A stretch of DNA of 55,062 bases from Kiritimatiellia bacterium (lineage in GTDB: Bacteria > Verrucomicrobiota > Kiritimatiellia > RFP12 > UBA1067). The stretch is taken from the NCBI GenBank assembly GCA_045630425.1, contig JAZQTB010000051.1, positions 1-55,062 of the forward strand, written 5' to 3'. The notes beneath the pieces were generated by a model. The model searched no databases. It was not told where the DNA came from and was given only the letters and a program-made list of their open reading frames with translations. Shown here in pieces: positions 10,705 to 20,416 of the stretch (its first letter is position 1; each line of letters opens with the position of its first letter). Made by a program: the position numbers and the translations under genes.

Positions 10705-12873
10705 TCACAAAAAATTAAACGCGTCAACATCAAAGGAAACCTTCAGAGTATTGGGCGGCGGCCTCACGCCCTGAAGCCACTTCCAGGCGTTTATCGCCGT
10801 CGACACCCGGGAAGACCTTAGAACAATCTGCCAGCGATGCCAGCCGTCCGCCTTTTCTATCACGCTCGGAACGGCCTCGCCCGCATTCAGGTCTTTAACC
10901 TTCATTAAACTCTTCGCATACATATCGGCCCATTTCGCGACAATCTCCGGATCCTTACTTCTTAAATTTATCACGGACAGATGGCAATACGGGGGAAAAT
11001 ACGCCTCTTCGCGATTCTTGAGCTCTTCCTCGGCAAACGCGGCGAAATCGCCCTTCGCCGCGAAGCGTATCGCACTCTGGGACGGATTATACGTCTGGAT
11101 GACCGCCTCGCCGGGCAGTTCCGCCCTTCCGGCACGGCCCGCAACCTGCGATAAAAGCTGATATGTCCGTTCAGCCGCCCTGAAGTCTGGCATATTAAGC
11201 GATGTATCGGCGTTCAGAACCCCGACGAGCGTAACGTTCGGAAAATCAAGCCCCTTCGCGATCATCTGGGTTCCGATCAGTATATCGGCCTCGTGACGCC
11301 GGAACGCTCCTAAAATATCGTCGTGCGAATTCTTTCCGCGCGTGGAATCGGCGTCCATTCTCAAAACTCGCGCCTCCTTGAAACACGCTTTAAGAGCCGC
11401 TTCGGCGCGCTGGGTGCCGATGCCTTTAAACTCAAACGGTCCGCCGCACTCGGGGCATCTCTTCGGCACCTCGATCCACCCGCCGCAGACATGGCATCTG
11501 CAGCAGTCGTCGGCCTTATGGTACGTGTACGCGAGATCGCAGTCGGGACAGTTCGCGACATACCCGCACGAGGAACAGACGACCGAACGCGAATAACCGC
11601 GCCTGTTCAGAAAGAGAATAACCTGTTCGCGGCGATCAAGACGGACGCCTATCGCCTCCATCAGCGGCTGCGAAAATATCCGCCCCGGCGACCCGCCCTC
11701 GGCCATATCGACGACAAGAACCTTAGGCAGAGTTCCTGCGCCCGCCCGCTCGCGCATTACGGCTTTCGCATACTTGCCGCGAGCGACGTTCATCCAGCTT
11801 TCGAGCGACGGCGTCGCAGAGCCGAGCACGGCCTTCGCGCCCTCGATCCTGGCGCGCATCACCGCGACATCGCGGGCATGATAACGCGGGGTCTCATCCT
11901 GCTTGTAACTCGTCTCGTGCTCCTCGTCGACTATAACGAGACCAAGATCCTTTATCGGCGCGAAAACCGCGCTTCTCGGACCGATCACAACGCGGGCCTC
12001 GCCGCTTCTTATCCTGTGCCACTCGTCGTACCGTTCGCCGTCCGAAAGCGCGGAATGGAGAACGGCGATCCTGTCGCCGAAGCGCGAAGCGAACCTTTGG
12101 ACGGTCTGAGGCGTAAGCGCGATTTCGGGAACCATCACGATCGCGCCGCGCCCGGCCTCAAGTTCGGCGGCGATGGCCTGAAGATAAACTTCCGTCTTGC
12201 CGGAGCCCGTAACGCCGTGGAGAAGCAGCGTCTCTCCGGGGGCGAGGACGTTAATCTTCTCAAGGGCGGCCGACTGTTCGCCGTTGAGATCGAGCGGTCT
12301 GGTCGGCAGAATCCTCTTAGCAGAAAGAGGGTTGCGCCTTTTGGCGCGGGGGGCTATTTCAACAAGTCCCTTCGCCGCGAGAGCCTTGACGCTTTGAGGC
12401 GTCGTCGAAAGTTCACGGCAGAGGAAAGTCATCCACCCGCCGTCGAGACGGACGATCTGATCGTAAAGCCACCGCTGGCGTTTAGTCAGAGATTGTTCGC
12501 CCTTAAGCGGCAGATGATCGACAAACAGCTGTTCCTTGGCTCTTGCGCCGGGCTTCAGAACGGCGGCGGGCAGCGCGGTTTTTAAAACCGTCTCAATGGG
12601 AGAGGCCGTATACGCGGCGATGGACTTTACGAGTTTGAGCGTAAACGACGAAAAAAAAGGAACCTCGTCCGCAATACCCTCGACAGGCTTGAGAGTGTAC
12701 GAGACACCTTCATCGGGCGCGTCGGCGATCTCAAGAGCGAAACCGCGCGCGTGGCGGTGATTGAACGGAACAAGAAGAAGCTGGCCGACAGCCAGCTTCT
12801 TCTCCAGCTCGTCCGGCACAAGATATGTGAACAGCCGGTCGAGCGCAAGGTCTATGGCGACCTTTACAACCAT
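10705..12873 (-). CDS. priA: Primosomal protein N' (replication restart helicase)
   Basis: GVTGSGKTEVY, PEIALTPQ, DEEHE, LNRRGY, two Cys-rich Zn knuckles, QMIAKGLDFP and QVAGRAGR motifs. Confidence 0.97.
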   Translation of the reverse strand: MVVKVAIDLALDRLFTYLVPDELEKKLAVGQLLLVPFNHRHARGFALEIADAPDEGVSYTLKPVEGIADEVPFFSSFTLKLVKSIAAYTASPIETVLKTALPAAVLKPGARAKEQLFVDHLPLKGEQSLTKRQRWLYDQIVRLDGGWMTFLCRELSTTPQSVKALAAKGLVEIAPRAKRRNPLSAKRILPTRPLDLNGEQSAALEKINVLAPGETLLLHGVTGSGKTEVYLQAIAAELEAGRGAIVMVPEIALTPQTVQRFASRFGDRIAVLHSALSDGERYDEWHRIRSGEARVVIGPRSAVFAPIKDLGLVIVDEEHETSYKQDETPRYHARDVAVMRARIEGAKAVLGSATPSLESWMNVARGKYAKAVMRERAGAGTLPKVLVVDMAEGGSPGRIFSQPLMEAIGVRLDRREQVILFLNRRGYSRSVVCSSCGYVANCPDCDLAYTYHKADDCCRCHVCGGWIEVPKRCPECGGPFEFKGIGTQRAEAALKACFKEARVLRMDADSTRGKNSHDDILGAFRRHEADILIGTQMIAKGLDFPNVTLVGVLNADTSLNMPDFRAAERTYQLLSQVAGRAGRAELPGEAVIQTYNPSQSAIRFAAKGDFAAFAEEELKNREEAYFPPYCHLSVINLRSKDPEIVAKWADMYAKSLMKVKDLNAGEAVPSVIEKADGWHRWQIVLRSSRVSTAINAWKWLQGVRPPPNTLKVSFDVDAFNFL

Positions 12874-12876
12874 CAA

Positions 12877-13614
12877 TCACGGCTCAAGATACTTGAGCTG
12901 AATGCCGTCGGGCAGGAAGAGATTGTTGCGGCCGTAGACGTCGCGAAGGTTGCACTCTCTGGGCTTGAAATTCCTGACGGCGCCGCTCTTCGTGACGACG
13001 ATCAGGCCGTTGTCGCCGAAAGGCGAGGCGAACTTCTTGCCCAAGGTGATCAGATCGTTGCCCTTGGAAGACGAATCGAACTGACCGGAGGTCGCGAACT
13101 GGGCCGTATCGCCGTTGCGCGTGACGAGCGCGGGGAGATAGTCGGGAAGTTCATCCGTAAGGCCGGAGACGATCGTCCACGCGACGTTCTTCTGCTCGAC
13201 GACGCCGGGCTGGTGCGGAGGAACGCCGGAGAGAGCGAGCCAGCTGGCTTCGTAGTTTCTCGTTCCGGTGAAGGGCCTCCACTGACCCTGACCCTTCGTC
13301 TGGTTGGGGATATCGAAAAGCATCTCGAAATACTTCGTGGAGGTCCCGAACGTATTGCCGGCGATATCGGTGGTGTCGTCGCTCTTGCCTTCGGCTTCCT
13401 TGGGCCAGAGGGAGGGCAGACCGTTCGCCTGACGATCGATGCTTCCCTTGAGGATCTCATCGACGATTCGCTTTCCGGCGACACCGGCGGTCTTCATGCT
13501 CGACTCGGTCATCGCGGAAGAAATCATAGGATAGAACACACCCATAAGCAAGCCGAGAATACCGATTACGACGAGAAGCTCGACGAGCGTAAAACCTTTT
13601 TTAGTCATTTTCAT
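12877..13614 (-). CDS. Prepilin-type N-terminal cleavage/methylation domain protein (type II secretion/pilin-like)
   Basis: KKG|FTLVELLVVIGILGLL class III signal peptide; AAAGGAGG SD sits just upstream of ATG 13614. Confidence 0.85.
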   Translation of the reverse strand: MKMTKKGFTLVELLVVIGILGLLMGVFYPMISSAMTESSMKTAGVAGKRIVDEILKGSIDRQANGLPSLWPKEAEGKSDDTTDIAGNTFGTSTKYFEMLFDIPNQTKGQGQWRPFTGTRNYEASWLALSGVPPHQPGVVEQKNVAWTIVSGLTDELPDYLPALVTRNGDTAQFATSGQFDSSSKGNDLITLGKKFASPFGDNGLIVVTKSGAVRNFKPRECNLRDVYGRNNLFLPDGIQLKYLEP

Positions 13615-13669
13615 TTTCAACCTCCTTTAGTTAAATGTTTTCTAAAACAGATGTATTATCTCATATTTG

Positions 13670-14296
13670 CTATTTTCGTTCAAGAGCCATTTTAAGATAA
13701 GACGAATACGCCCGGGTGTACGTGAAAGAGCTGACGAGATTCAGCGTTATCATAAGCCCCTCGACGACGAAACAGCTCCAGAGCATGTATTTCTCGACGG
13801 GAGCGAAAAACTCCATATCGTGAAACACGATATACGCGTAAACCCAGCCCGCAGCGGGAAACGAAAGCGCGGTGCGGACCTTGCCGAGCCACATGGCGGC
13901 TCCGTCGGCGCCGTAGAGGGAACCCACCGCTCTCAGGAACGTAACCCACAGATCGCGCAGGATATAGAGTATCGCGAAAACGAGCATCACCAGAGAATGA
14001 GCCGATTCGCCCTGTTTGAGCAGGAGCCACGCCAGCGCGGGAAACGTCACGACATAGAAGACCTTGTCCATCAGAGGATCGGCCATCTTCCCCAGGGGGC
14101 TGACGACGTTCCATCTGCGCGCGAGCATTCCGTCGAAGGCGTCGGTCAACCCCGAGAAAAACATCGCGGCGCCGGCGAAAAAGATGAGCCACGGCGAACA
14201 GTGAAATTCCTCGGCTACGGCCAGAACAAGCCAGGCGACGATTAAAGGGACGCGCAAAAACGTCAGCGCGTTGACGAAGAGTTTTTTGGCGTTCAA
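13670..14296 (-). CDS. pgsA: CDP-alcohol phosphatidyltransferase (PgsA-like)
   Basis: NALTFLR and the D..DG.LARR....S.LGK.ADP.MDK signature. Confidence 0.85.
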   Translation of the reverse strand: MNAKKLFVNALTFLRVPLIVAWLVLAVAEEFHCSPWLIFFAGAAMFFSGLTDAFDGMLARRWNVVSPLGKMADPLMDKVFYVVTFPALAWLLLKQGESAHSLVMLVFAILYILRDLWVTFLRAVGSLYGADGAAMWLGKVRTALSFPAAGWVYAYIVFHDMEFFAPVEKYMLWSCFVVEGLMITLNLVSSFTYTRAYSSYLKMALERK

Positions 14297-14661
14297 GACA
14301 GCTCCAATCCTTCGGAAACAACCTTCTGCATGACCTCAAGAGCCTCCTGCAGCTGCGCAAGACGCATCTTCAAAGCCTGAATCTGGAGTTCCGCCTTCTG
14401 ATAATTTCTGCGCGTGGCGAAAAGCTGTTTGAGAATCTCGCCGGAATCGAGATCGAGATCCGCCAGCTGCATGCCGTCGGGGATGGGAACCAGCACCTGT
14501 GTTCCGCATCCTGAACAATTGATCTGAAGCCCCGCTCCCCGATAATCGATAACCAGCTGCTTGCCGCAGTTAGGGCACTCAAAAACGATATCGGTATCGC
14601 GGATCTCGGCATTGTCGCCGCCGTCATTCTCGTCAACGAGCCTAATATCTTCTTCAGCCAT
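14293..14661 (-). CDS. Hypothetical zinc-ribbon plus coiled-coil protein
   Basis: CPNC...CSGC followed by a heptad-like helix; has an AAGGAGG SD and its own promoter. Confidence 0.75.
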   Translation of the reverse strand: MAEEDIRLVDENDGGDNAEIRDTDIVFECPNCGKQLVIDYRGAGLQINCSGCGTQVLVPIPDGMQLADLDLDSGEILKQLFATRRNYQKAELQIQALKMRLAQLQEALEVMQKVVSEGLELS

Positions 14662-14687
14662 ATCAAAACCTCCTTAACTTTAATTAA

Positions 14688-14716
14688 ATTATATAAAAAA
14701 AAACGCACAGACGCAA
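14688..14716 (-). promoter_or_regulatory. Sigma70-type promoter
   Basis: TTGCGT-17 nt-TATAAT. Confidence 0.65.
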
Positions 14717-14753
14717 GTCCGTTCGGTGCGCGGTTTTATTTTGCGCTTAAAAG

Positions 14754-14762
14754 TGGTATAAT
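14754..14762 (+). promoter_or_regulatory. Extended -10 promoter for the His kinase-azlCD unit
   Basis: TGGTATAAT, divergent from the 14688-14716 promoter. Confidence 0.55.
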
Positions 14763-14808
14763 GGGCAGCGATGATGAACGATCATAGAATCAACGCAGAG
14801 ACACCGGC

Positions 14809-15639
14809 ATGACTTTCACACCGAGCCTTTTTATCGCGGCCGCCGCCGGTGCGCTGACGGCGGCGACGATATACCACTTCTCCCGCATAACGCGCGCCCG
14901 CATGGAGCAGCTCGTCAGCGAACGCGACGCCAAAGAGAAACTCATAGACGAAATGCGGAAACTCGAAAAATTCAGACGCGACTTCATCTCCAATCTGACC
15001 CATGAGATACGCACGCCCCTTACGGGAATCCTCGGTGCCGTGGAGCTCCTCGGCGACGACGGCCATCTGAACGACGCGGACCGCACGACGATGCTAAAAA
15101 TCCTCAAAGACGAGTCCGTACGCCTTGACAAGCTGGCCCAGGATATTCTGGCCCTGGCACGGATCGAACACACGAGCAACGAAGCGAAACGCGCGTTCGC
15201 GGTATGCAATCTTTCGGACGTCATCAAAAACGCCTTCACCTTGATGAAACCCAAAGCCGCCGCCGCCGGCGTCGGGCTGGTGCTTCTTAAGAACGAAACC
15301 GTGAAAACGGCGTGCGACGCCGCGCTGATCGAAGAAGCGGTGCTCAATCTCATCGAGAACGCCCTTCGGTATTCCGGATCGCTGACCATCGGACTTTCGC
15401 TCGAGAACATCGGCGGACGCGCCAGAATATCCGTCGCCGACAACGGAGTCGGCATTGAGGAAAAACATCTGCCGCGAATTTTCGAACGCTTTTACCGGGT
15501 GGACAAGGCGAGGAGCCGCGAAAAGGGCGGAACCGGCCTCGGACTTGCGATCGTGAAGCATATCGCCCAACTCCACGGCGGGGAAGTCTCGGTCGCTTCG
15601 ACGCCGTCGAAAGGATGTACGTTCACGATCACGATCTGA
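14809..15639 (+). CDS. PhoR-like sensor histidine kinase (one TM, HisKA and HATPase; no sensor domain)
   Basis: H-box THEIRTPL, N-box NLIENA, G1 DNGVGI, FERFYRVDKARSR and G2 GGTGLGLAIVKH. Confidence 0.92.
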   Translation: MTFTPSLFIAAAAGALTAATIYHFSRITRARMEQLVSERDAKEKLIDEMRKLEKFRRDFISNLTHEIRTPLTGILGAVELLGDDGHLNDADRTTMLKILKDESVRLDKLAQDILALARIEHTSNEAKRAFAVCNLSDVIKNAFTLMKPKAAAAGVGLVLLKNETVKTACDAALIEEAVLNLIENALRYSGSLTIGLSLENIGGRARISVADNGVGIEEKHLPRIFERFYRVDKARSREKGGTGLGLAIVKHIAQLHGGEVSVASTPSKGCTFTITI

Positions 15640-15652
15640 CGCGGCATGTTTT

Positions 15653-16255
15653 ATGAAAACTCAAAGAAAAATACTGCAACGCGCTTTTCTCGATTCCCTT
15701 CCGGTGCTGATGGGATATTCGACCATGGGATTCGCAGCGGGCGTTCTCCTCGGCGCGAAGGCCGACGCCCCCTTCTCGCCTCTGTGGGCCTTTCTTTCGG
15801 CGGCTTCGTTCGTATCCGGAACGCTCAGCTTCGCAGTCGTCCCGCTGATGGCCCAGGGCGCGTCCATGGCCGCTGTGGCGGCGATGACGCTGATGATCAA
15901 CTTCAGATACGCCTTTTACGGGATCTCCATGCTTTCAAAATGGAAGAACGTTCCGTTTTTCAGAAAACTCTTTCTGATACACATGCTGACCGACGAGAAT
16001 TACGCTCTCGAAACCGCGTGCAAAATCCGCAACGACGCCCTCTACATCAAATACTGCACCTTTCTTTCCGCCCTGAATCTCTCGTACTGGGTCGCGGGCG
16101 TGACATCCGGAAGCCTCGTCGTCTACTTTCTCGAGAAAGCGCTGTCGCCCGAAAAGATAAAGGCCGCGGCCCAAGGAGTGGAATTCGCGATGGTCGCCCT
16201 GTTTCTCGTCATTTTCACGGATCAGATGAAAGGATTTCTCGGCAATGACAGGTAG
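15653..16255 (+). CDS. azlC: AzlC family branched-chain amino acid exporter permease
   Basis: PVLMGY, INFRYAFYG, LTDENYA and FAMVALF motifs. Confidence 0.9.
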   Translation: MKTQRKILQRAFLDSLPVLMGYSTMGFAAGVLLGAKADAPFSPLWAFLSAASFVSGTLSFAVVPLMAQGASMAAVAAMTLMINFRYAFYGISMLSKWKNVPFFRKLFLIHMLTDENYALETACKIRNDALYIKYCTFLSALNLSYWVAGVTSGSLVVYFLEKALSPEKIKAAAQGVEFAMVALFLVIFTDQMKGFLGNDR

Positions 16256-16568
16256 CCGCATACTCCATCTCCTTGCGGTAGTTCTCGTCGGCTGGTGCGT
16301 AACGTACGCTCTTAGAGCTCTGCCCTTCGTCCTTTTCTCCCGCAAGGCGCGGGAATTGCCCCCGTGGGTCGGCCGGCTCGGCGTTCTGATCTCGCCGGTC
16401 ATAATCGCCTTTCTGATCGTCTATTCGTATTCGTCTCTCGAATGGCGCACGCTCAGCCCCTACTTGGCGGGGCTGCTTACGGTTTCGCTCCAGATGATCC
16501 GAGGCAACCCCCTTTTGAGCATCGTCGCGGGAACCGCGCTGTACATGACGCTCCTGCGCTGCGCGTGA
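16245..16568 (+). CDS. azlD: AzlD family small membrane subunit
   Basis: TYALRALPF and LLSIVAGTALYM motifs; overlaps azlC. Confidence 0.88.
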   Translation: MTGSRILHLLAVVLVGWCVTYALRALPFVLFSRKARELPPWVGRLGVLISPVIIAFLIVYSYSSLEWRTLSPYLAGLLTVSLQMIRGNPLLSIVAGTALYMTLLRCA

Positions 16569-16598
16569 TGCCCCCGCGAGCAGCAGACCGCGAATCCG

Positions 16599-17081
16599 TC
16601 AGAACGACCACTGGACGCCGAGCGCGACCGAATACACCATCTCGTCGGCGTCGTCGATCCCGTATGTCGCGTCGGCGTCGAACCGCAGCGAACAGCAATC
16701 GTTGAAATGCCAAAACGCTCCCCATCCGATTGCAGGTCCGACTTCGCCGTCTATCCAGCCGCTCGCGCCGAAAGTGAAGAACGGATCGAACTTCTCGTAG
16801 CCCCACCAGTGCCAGAGGTGCTTGACGCTCAACCCGACGGTATCTTCGAGCCAGGCGGCGGAAATTTCCACCGTTATGAAATCCCCGAGATAATAACCCA
16901 AATAAGCGCCCGCGCCGCAGAGATTGCGCATTTCGCCGCCGCCCTGCGGAATCACCGCGACCGCGCGCGCGCCCGCGTACCAGCGCTCGAAATCGTATTG
17001 CGCATAATCGTATTCATCCTCTGCCGAAGAAACAGAGGCGAAAGACAATGTGAAAGCCGCCAAAAGAATTTTAAATTTCAT
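16599..17081 (-). CDS. Small outer-membrane beta-barrel protein (OmpA-TM/OMP_b-brl-like)
   Basis: Signal peptide MKFKILLAAF...SSA, alternating aromatic strands, C-terminal W-S-F BAM-type signal. Confidence 0.7.
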   Translation of the reverse strand: MKFKILLAAFTLSFASVSSAEDEYDYAQYDFERWYAGARAVAVIPQGGGEMRNLCGAGAYLGYYLGDFITVEISAAWLEDTVGLSVKHLWHWWGYEKFDPFFTFGASGWIDGEVGPAIGWGAFWHFNDCCSLRFDADATYGIDDADEMVYSVALGVQWSF

Positions 17082-17083
17082 CC

Positions 17084-17560
17084 TCACCTCCGGCCCTTTT
17101 CCGCCCCGGTGCGCGCGTAATCCCTCATCCACGCAAGCTCGCGCCTGCGCATGCGCGCCCTGTCGGCAGGTTCAAGATCGTCGGCCCCGGAAAGATGATC
17201 CATCCCGTGCGCAACGTACAGAAGAAGTTCCTTCGCCGCCGACCAGCCTCTGGCGACGTTTGAAAATCTGAGCGCCTGATCCACGTTGACGTAAAGTTCG
17301 CCGTAAATCCCTTCGGGCTCGGGCGGCATCGCCTCGTAAGCCTGGGTTATCACGTCGGTCGCGCCCTCGACACCCATGATGCCGCGATGAACCTCGTCGG
17401 AAGCGGCGTCATCCTGAAGGACAACGACGACGGAGCGAAAAGGAACCCCGATCCGTTCGGACGAGCGCGACGCGAAATACCGGGCCGCCACCTTAAGAGA
17501 CGCCTTGGAGACGGCGACGGAACGCGGCAAACTGCCGTCAATGACGATTTCACACGACAT
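17084..17560 (-). CDS. ybeY: rRNA maturation RNase YbeY
   Basis: ATDVIT, GELYV and HGMDHLSGADD metal motif. Confidence 0.82.
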   Translation of the reverse strand: MSCEIVIDGSLPRSVAVSKASLKVAARYFASRSSERIGVPFRSVVVVLQDDAASDEVHRGIMGVEGATDVITQAYEAMPPEPEGIYGELYVNVDQALRFSNVARGWSAAKELLLYVAHGMDHLSGADDLEPADRARMRRRELAWMRDYARTGAEKGRR

Positions 17561-17575
17561 AGGTTTAAATTCGGA

Positions 17576-18040
17576 TCACTCGACGGGAGCGGGAATCTTA
17601 AGCTTGAGCCCCACCCATAGCACCTTGTTCGGTTTCATTTTGTTCAGTTTCAGAATTTCCGACACGGTACATTTGTGTTTCTTGGCGATTCTTGTCAGAT
17701 TATCGCCCGGCTTCACTTCGTACACAATCGTTCCCGCGGCCGACGGAGACGATGTCGCGACGTCCGACACGGCGCCCTGCGCGGCATGATCCTCCGGCGG
17801 AGGCGACAGCGGCCGATTTTCGGGCATGTCGGAACGAACCGGTTCAGACGCGCCACCGTCCGCCGCTTTCGGCTCTTCCACCGGCCGGGGTTTTCCGGAT
17901 TGTTCGACCGTTTCCGGCTCCTCCGGTTCATCGGACGGCCCGAGCCACGCGACCGCGGCCCACAGCACGACGACATGGACGGAAACGCTCGCGAGCAATG
18001 GCAGAGACCAGCTGAAGCTGCGCCGAGAATCGTCGTTCAT
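17576..18040 (-). CDS. Membrane-anchored LysM domain protein
   Basis: TM helix, Pro/Glu-rich linker, C-terminal YEVKPGDNLTRIAKK...LKIP LysM. Confidence 0.88.
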   Translation of the reverse strand: MNDDSRRSFSWSLPLLASVSVHVVVLWAAVAWLGPSDEPEEPETVEQSGKPRPVEEPKAADGGASEPVRSDMPENRPLSPPPEDHAAQGAVSDVATSSPSAAGTIVYEVKPGDNLTRIAKKHKCTVSEILKLNKMKPNKVLWVGLKLKIPAPVE

Positions 18041-19224
18041 GAGCACCCTCCTTTATCTGCCATACGCGCGATGCGCTCGGCGGCGAGTTTTATGTTCTCC
18101 AGCCCCGTTGCGTAACTCATTCTCACGAACCCCTCGCCCGAAGCGCCGAACGCGGATCCCGGAACGCACGCCACGCCGAAATCCTTCAGAAGACGCATCG
18201 TAAAATCCTCGCTCGTCATGCCGGTGGAACGGATGTCGACGAACAGATAGAACGCCCCTTTCGGCATAAGCGTTTTAAGCCCCATCGAATTAAGCGCATT
18301 TACGAGATAATCGCGGCGCTTCCTGTATTCTCCGCGCATGCGGGCGATATCCTTATCACCGAAATCGAGCGCCTCGACTCCAGCGGCCTGCGCGAGCGTC
18401 GGAGCCGACATGATCCCGTACTGGTGGATCTTCATCATCGCGCCGATGATATCCTCGGGCCCGCACGCGAAGCCGAGACGGTAGCCCGTCATCGCCCAGC
18501 TTTTCGAAAAACCGTTTAAAACCAGAACTCTGTCGCGATAACGTTCAAACGAACCGAACGAGTCAAGCGCGACATCCTCGGCGCCGTCTTCGATTTCGTA
18601 ATTAAGCTCGGTGTAGACCTCATCGGAAATCAGGATGATATCATGACGCTCGCAGAATTCGAGGATGTCCGCCATCTCGGCGCGGCTCAGGGTGGCGCCC
18701 GTGGGATTGCACGGGAAATTGAGCAGCAGAACCTTTGTCTTGGGCGTAACGTATTTCTCGAGTTCCTCGACGGTAAGCCTGAAAGCGTTCTCGACGCAGG
18801 TGGGAACGGCTACGGGAACGGCATGCGCGAGACGCACGGTCGCCGCGTAACTCACGAAACACGGCTCGTGGAACATTACCTCGTCGCCCGGCGAACAAAG
18901 CGCGCGGATCGCCAGATCGATCGCCTCGGAAACTCCTACCGTGATCAAAATTTCCTTGTCCCACGCATATTCGGCGGTGAAACGGCGCTTGAAATACCGC
19001 GCGACCGCCTGACGGAGTTTCGGCGTTCCGAGGTTGGACGTATAGTGCGTTCCGCCGTCCTCAAGACACGTCACCGCCGCGCGCGAGATATGCCACGGCG
19101 TATCGAAGTCGGGCTCGCCGACACCGAGCGAGATCACATCCTTCGACTGAGCGACTATGTCGAAGAATTTGCGTATCCCGCTCTTGGGGAGTTCCGCCAC
19201 GTGTTTAGCGATACGTTCCTTCAA
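18037..19224 (-). CDS. PLP-dependent aminotransferase class I/II
   Basis: LGVGEPDF, PCNPTG, SDEVY and FSKSWAMTGYRLG motifs. Confidence 0.93.
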   Translation of the reverse strand: MKERIAKHVAELPKSGIRKFFDIVAQSKDVISLGVGEPDFDTPWHISRAAVTCLEDGGTHYTSNLGTPKLRQAVARYFKRRFTAEYAWDKEILITVGVSEAIDLAIRALCSPGDEVMFHEPCFVSYAATVRLAHAVPVAVPTCVENAFRLTVEELEKYVTPKTKVLLLNFPCNPTGATLSRAEMADILEFCERHDIILISDEVYTELNYEIEDGAEDVALDSFGSFERYRDRVLVLNGFSKSWAMTGYRLGFACGPEDIIGAMMKIHQYGIMSAPTLAQAAGVEALDFGDKDIARMRGEYRKRRDYLVNALNSMGLKTLMPKGAFYLFVDIRSTGMTSEDFTMRLLKDFGVACVPGSAFGASGEGFVRMSYATGLENIKLAAERIARMADKGGCS

Positions 19225-19239
19225 ACCGGCCTTTCTGTT

Positions 19240-20409
19240 TCAATCGGCGAGAATCTCGTCGGCGAGTTTTCCAAGCGCCGCTTCGCTCTCCGGATTGAGA
19301 GCGCCCTTTACGGTGACGACCGTATCGCAGAAAACGATATCCTTCGAATTCTCGAACATCTTCTTCATGACCTTCGCGGCCATCGGCGCCCAGGAGCCGT
19401 TCTCGATGAAACCTACCTTGCGCGACTGGTAGTTGCGCTCGGTGAGATGATCGATAAAGTGGCGCATCCACGGGAAGATCGTCGCGTTGTACGTCGTCGT
19501 CGCGAGAACGAGCTTGCCGTAACGGAAGGCGTCCTCGACGGCCTCGGGCTGATCGTCGCGCGCGAGATCGGCGACGGCGACTTTCGGACAGCCCTTCGCC
19601 TTCAGGATCTCGACGAGCTTGAGCGCCGCGTTCTTCGTGTTGCCGTAAACCGAAGTGTAGGCGACGAGCACGCCGGGCGATTCGACGCGGTAGCTCGACC
19701 AGATGTCGTACTTGGTGACGGCGTTGGCGATTTCATCGGGGGTCGAAAGAACGGGGCCGTGCAGAGGGCAGATCGTCTTTATCTCGAGACCGGCCGCCTT
19801 TTTAAGAGGCGCCTGGGTCTGAGGGCCGTACTTGCCGACGATGCCGATGTAATAACGGCGCGCCTCGCAGTCCCAGCCCTCGGGATCCTCGACGTCGTTG
19901 GCTCCGAACTTGCCGAAGCCGTCGGCTGAAAAGAGAATCTTATCGGTCGTATCGTAGCTGACCATCACCTCGGGCCAGTGAACCATGGGAGCGGCGACGA
20001 ACGCGAGATTGTGGCGGCCGGTCGAGAGCGTATCGCCCTCCTTGACGACGATGCGGCGCGACGCGAAATCGTCGCCGAAAAAGTTCTTCATCATCGTAAA
20101 GGCCTGGGCGCTCGAGACGATGAGCGCCTCGGGATAGCGCTCGGCGAACTTCGCGATGTTGGCGGAGTGGTCGGGCTCCATGTGATGAACGACGAGATAG
20201 TCGATTTTGGCGCTTTTGGCGGCGTCTTCGATATTCTTGAGCCACTCGTCGCCGAAATTCGCGTCGACCGTGTCGAGAACGGCCTTCTTCTCGTCGTCGA
20301 TGAGATAGGAGTTGTAGGCCATGCCGCGCGGAACTACGTACTGACCTTCAAAAAGGTCAACCTCATGGTCGTTTACGCCGACATACCTGATATCGTCTCT
20401 GATTTTCAT
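19240..20409 (-). CDS. fprA: Class A flavodiiron protein (FprA, O2/NO reductase)
   Basis: YNSYLI, HMEPDH, HWPE, SADGFG and PLHGP motifs plus a flavodoxin domain (SVYGNT). Confidence 0.92.
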   Translation of the reverse strand: MKIRDDIRYVGVNDHEVDLFEGQYVVPRGMAYNSYLIDDEKKAVLDTVDANFGDEWLKNIEDAAKSAKIDYLVVHHMEPDHSANIAKFAERYPEALIVSSAQAFTMMKNFFGDDFASRRIVVKEGDTLSTGRHNLAFVAAPMVHWPEVMVSYDTTDKILFSADGFGKFGANDVEDPEGWDCEARRYYIGIVGKYGPQTQAPLKKAAGLEIKTICPLHGPVLSTPDEIANAVTKYDIWSSYRVESPGVLVAYTSVYGNTKNAALKLVEILKAKGCPKVAVADLARDDQPEAVEDAFRYGKLVLATTTYNATIFPWMRHFIDHLTERNYQSRKVGFIENGSWAPMAAKVMKKMFENSKDIVFCDTVVTVKGALNPESEAALGKLADEILAD

Positions 20410-20416
20410 TTGATTC

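Noticed and set aside
17084-17560. YbeY third metal His replaced by Asp (HGMDHLSGADD)
   Set aside because: H-to-D at this position is a familiar variant of the family and is not evidence of a new function
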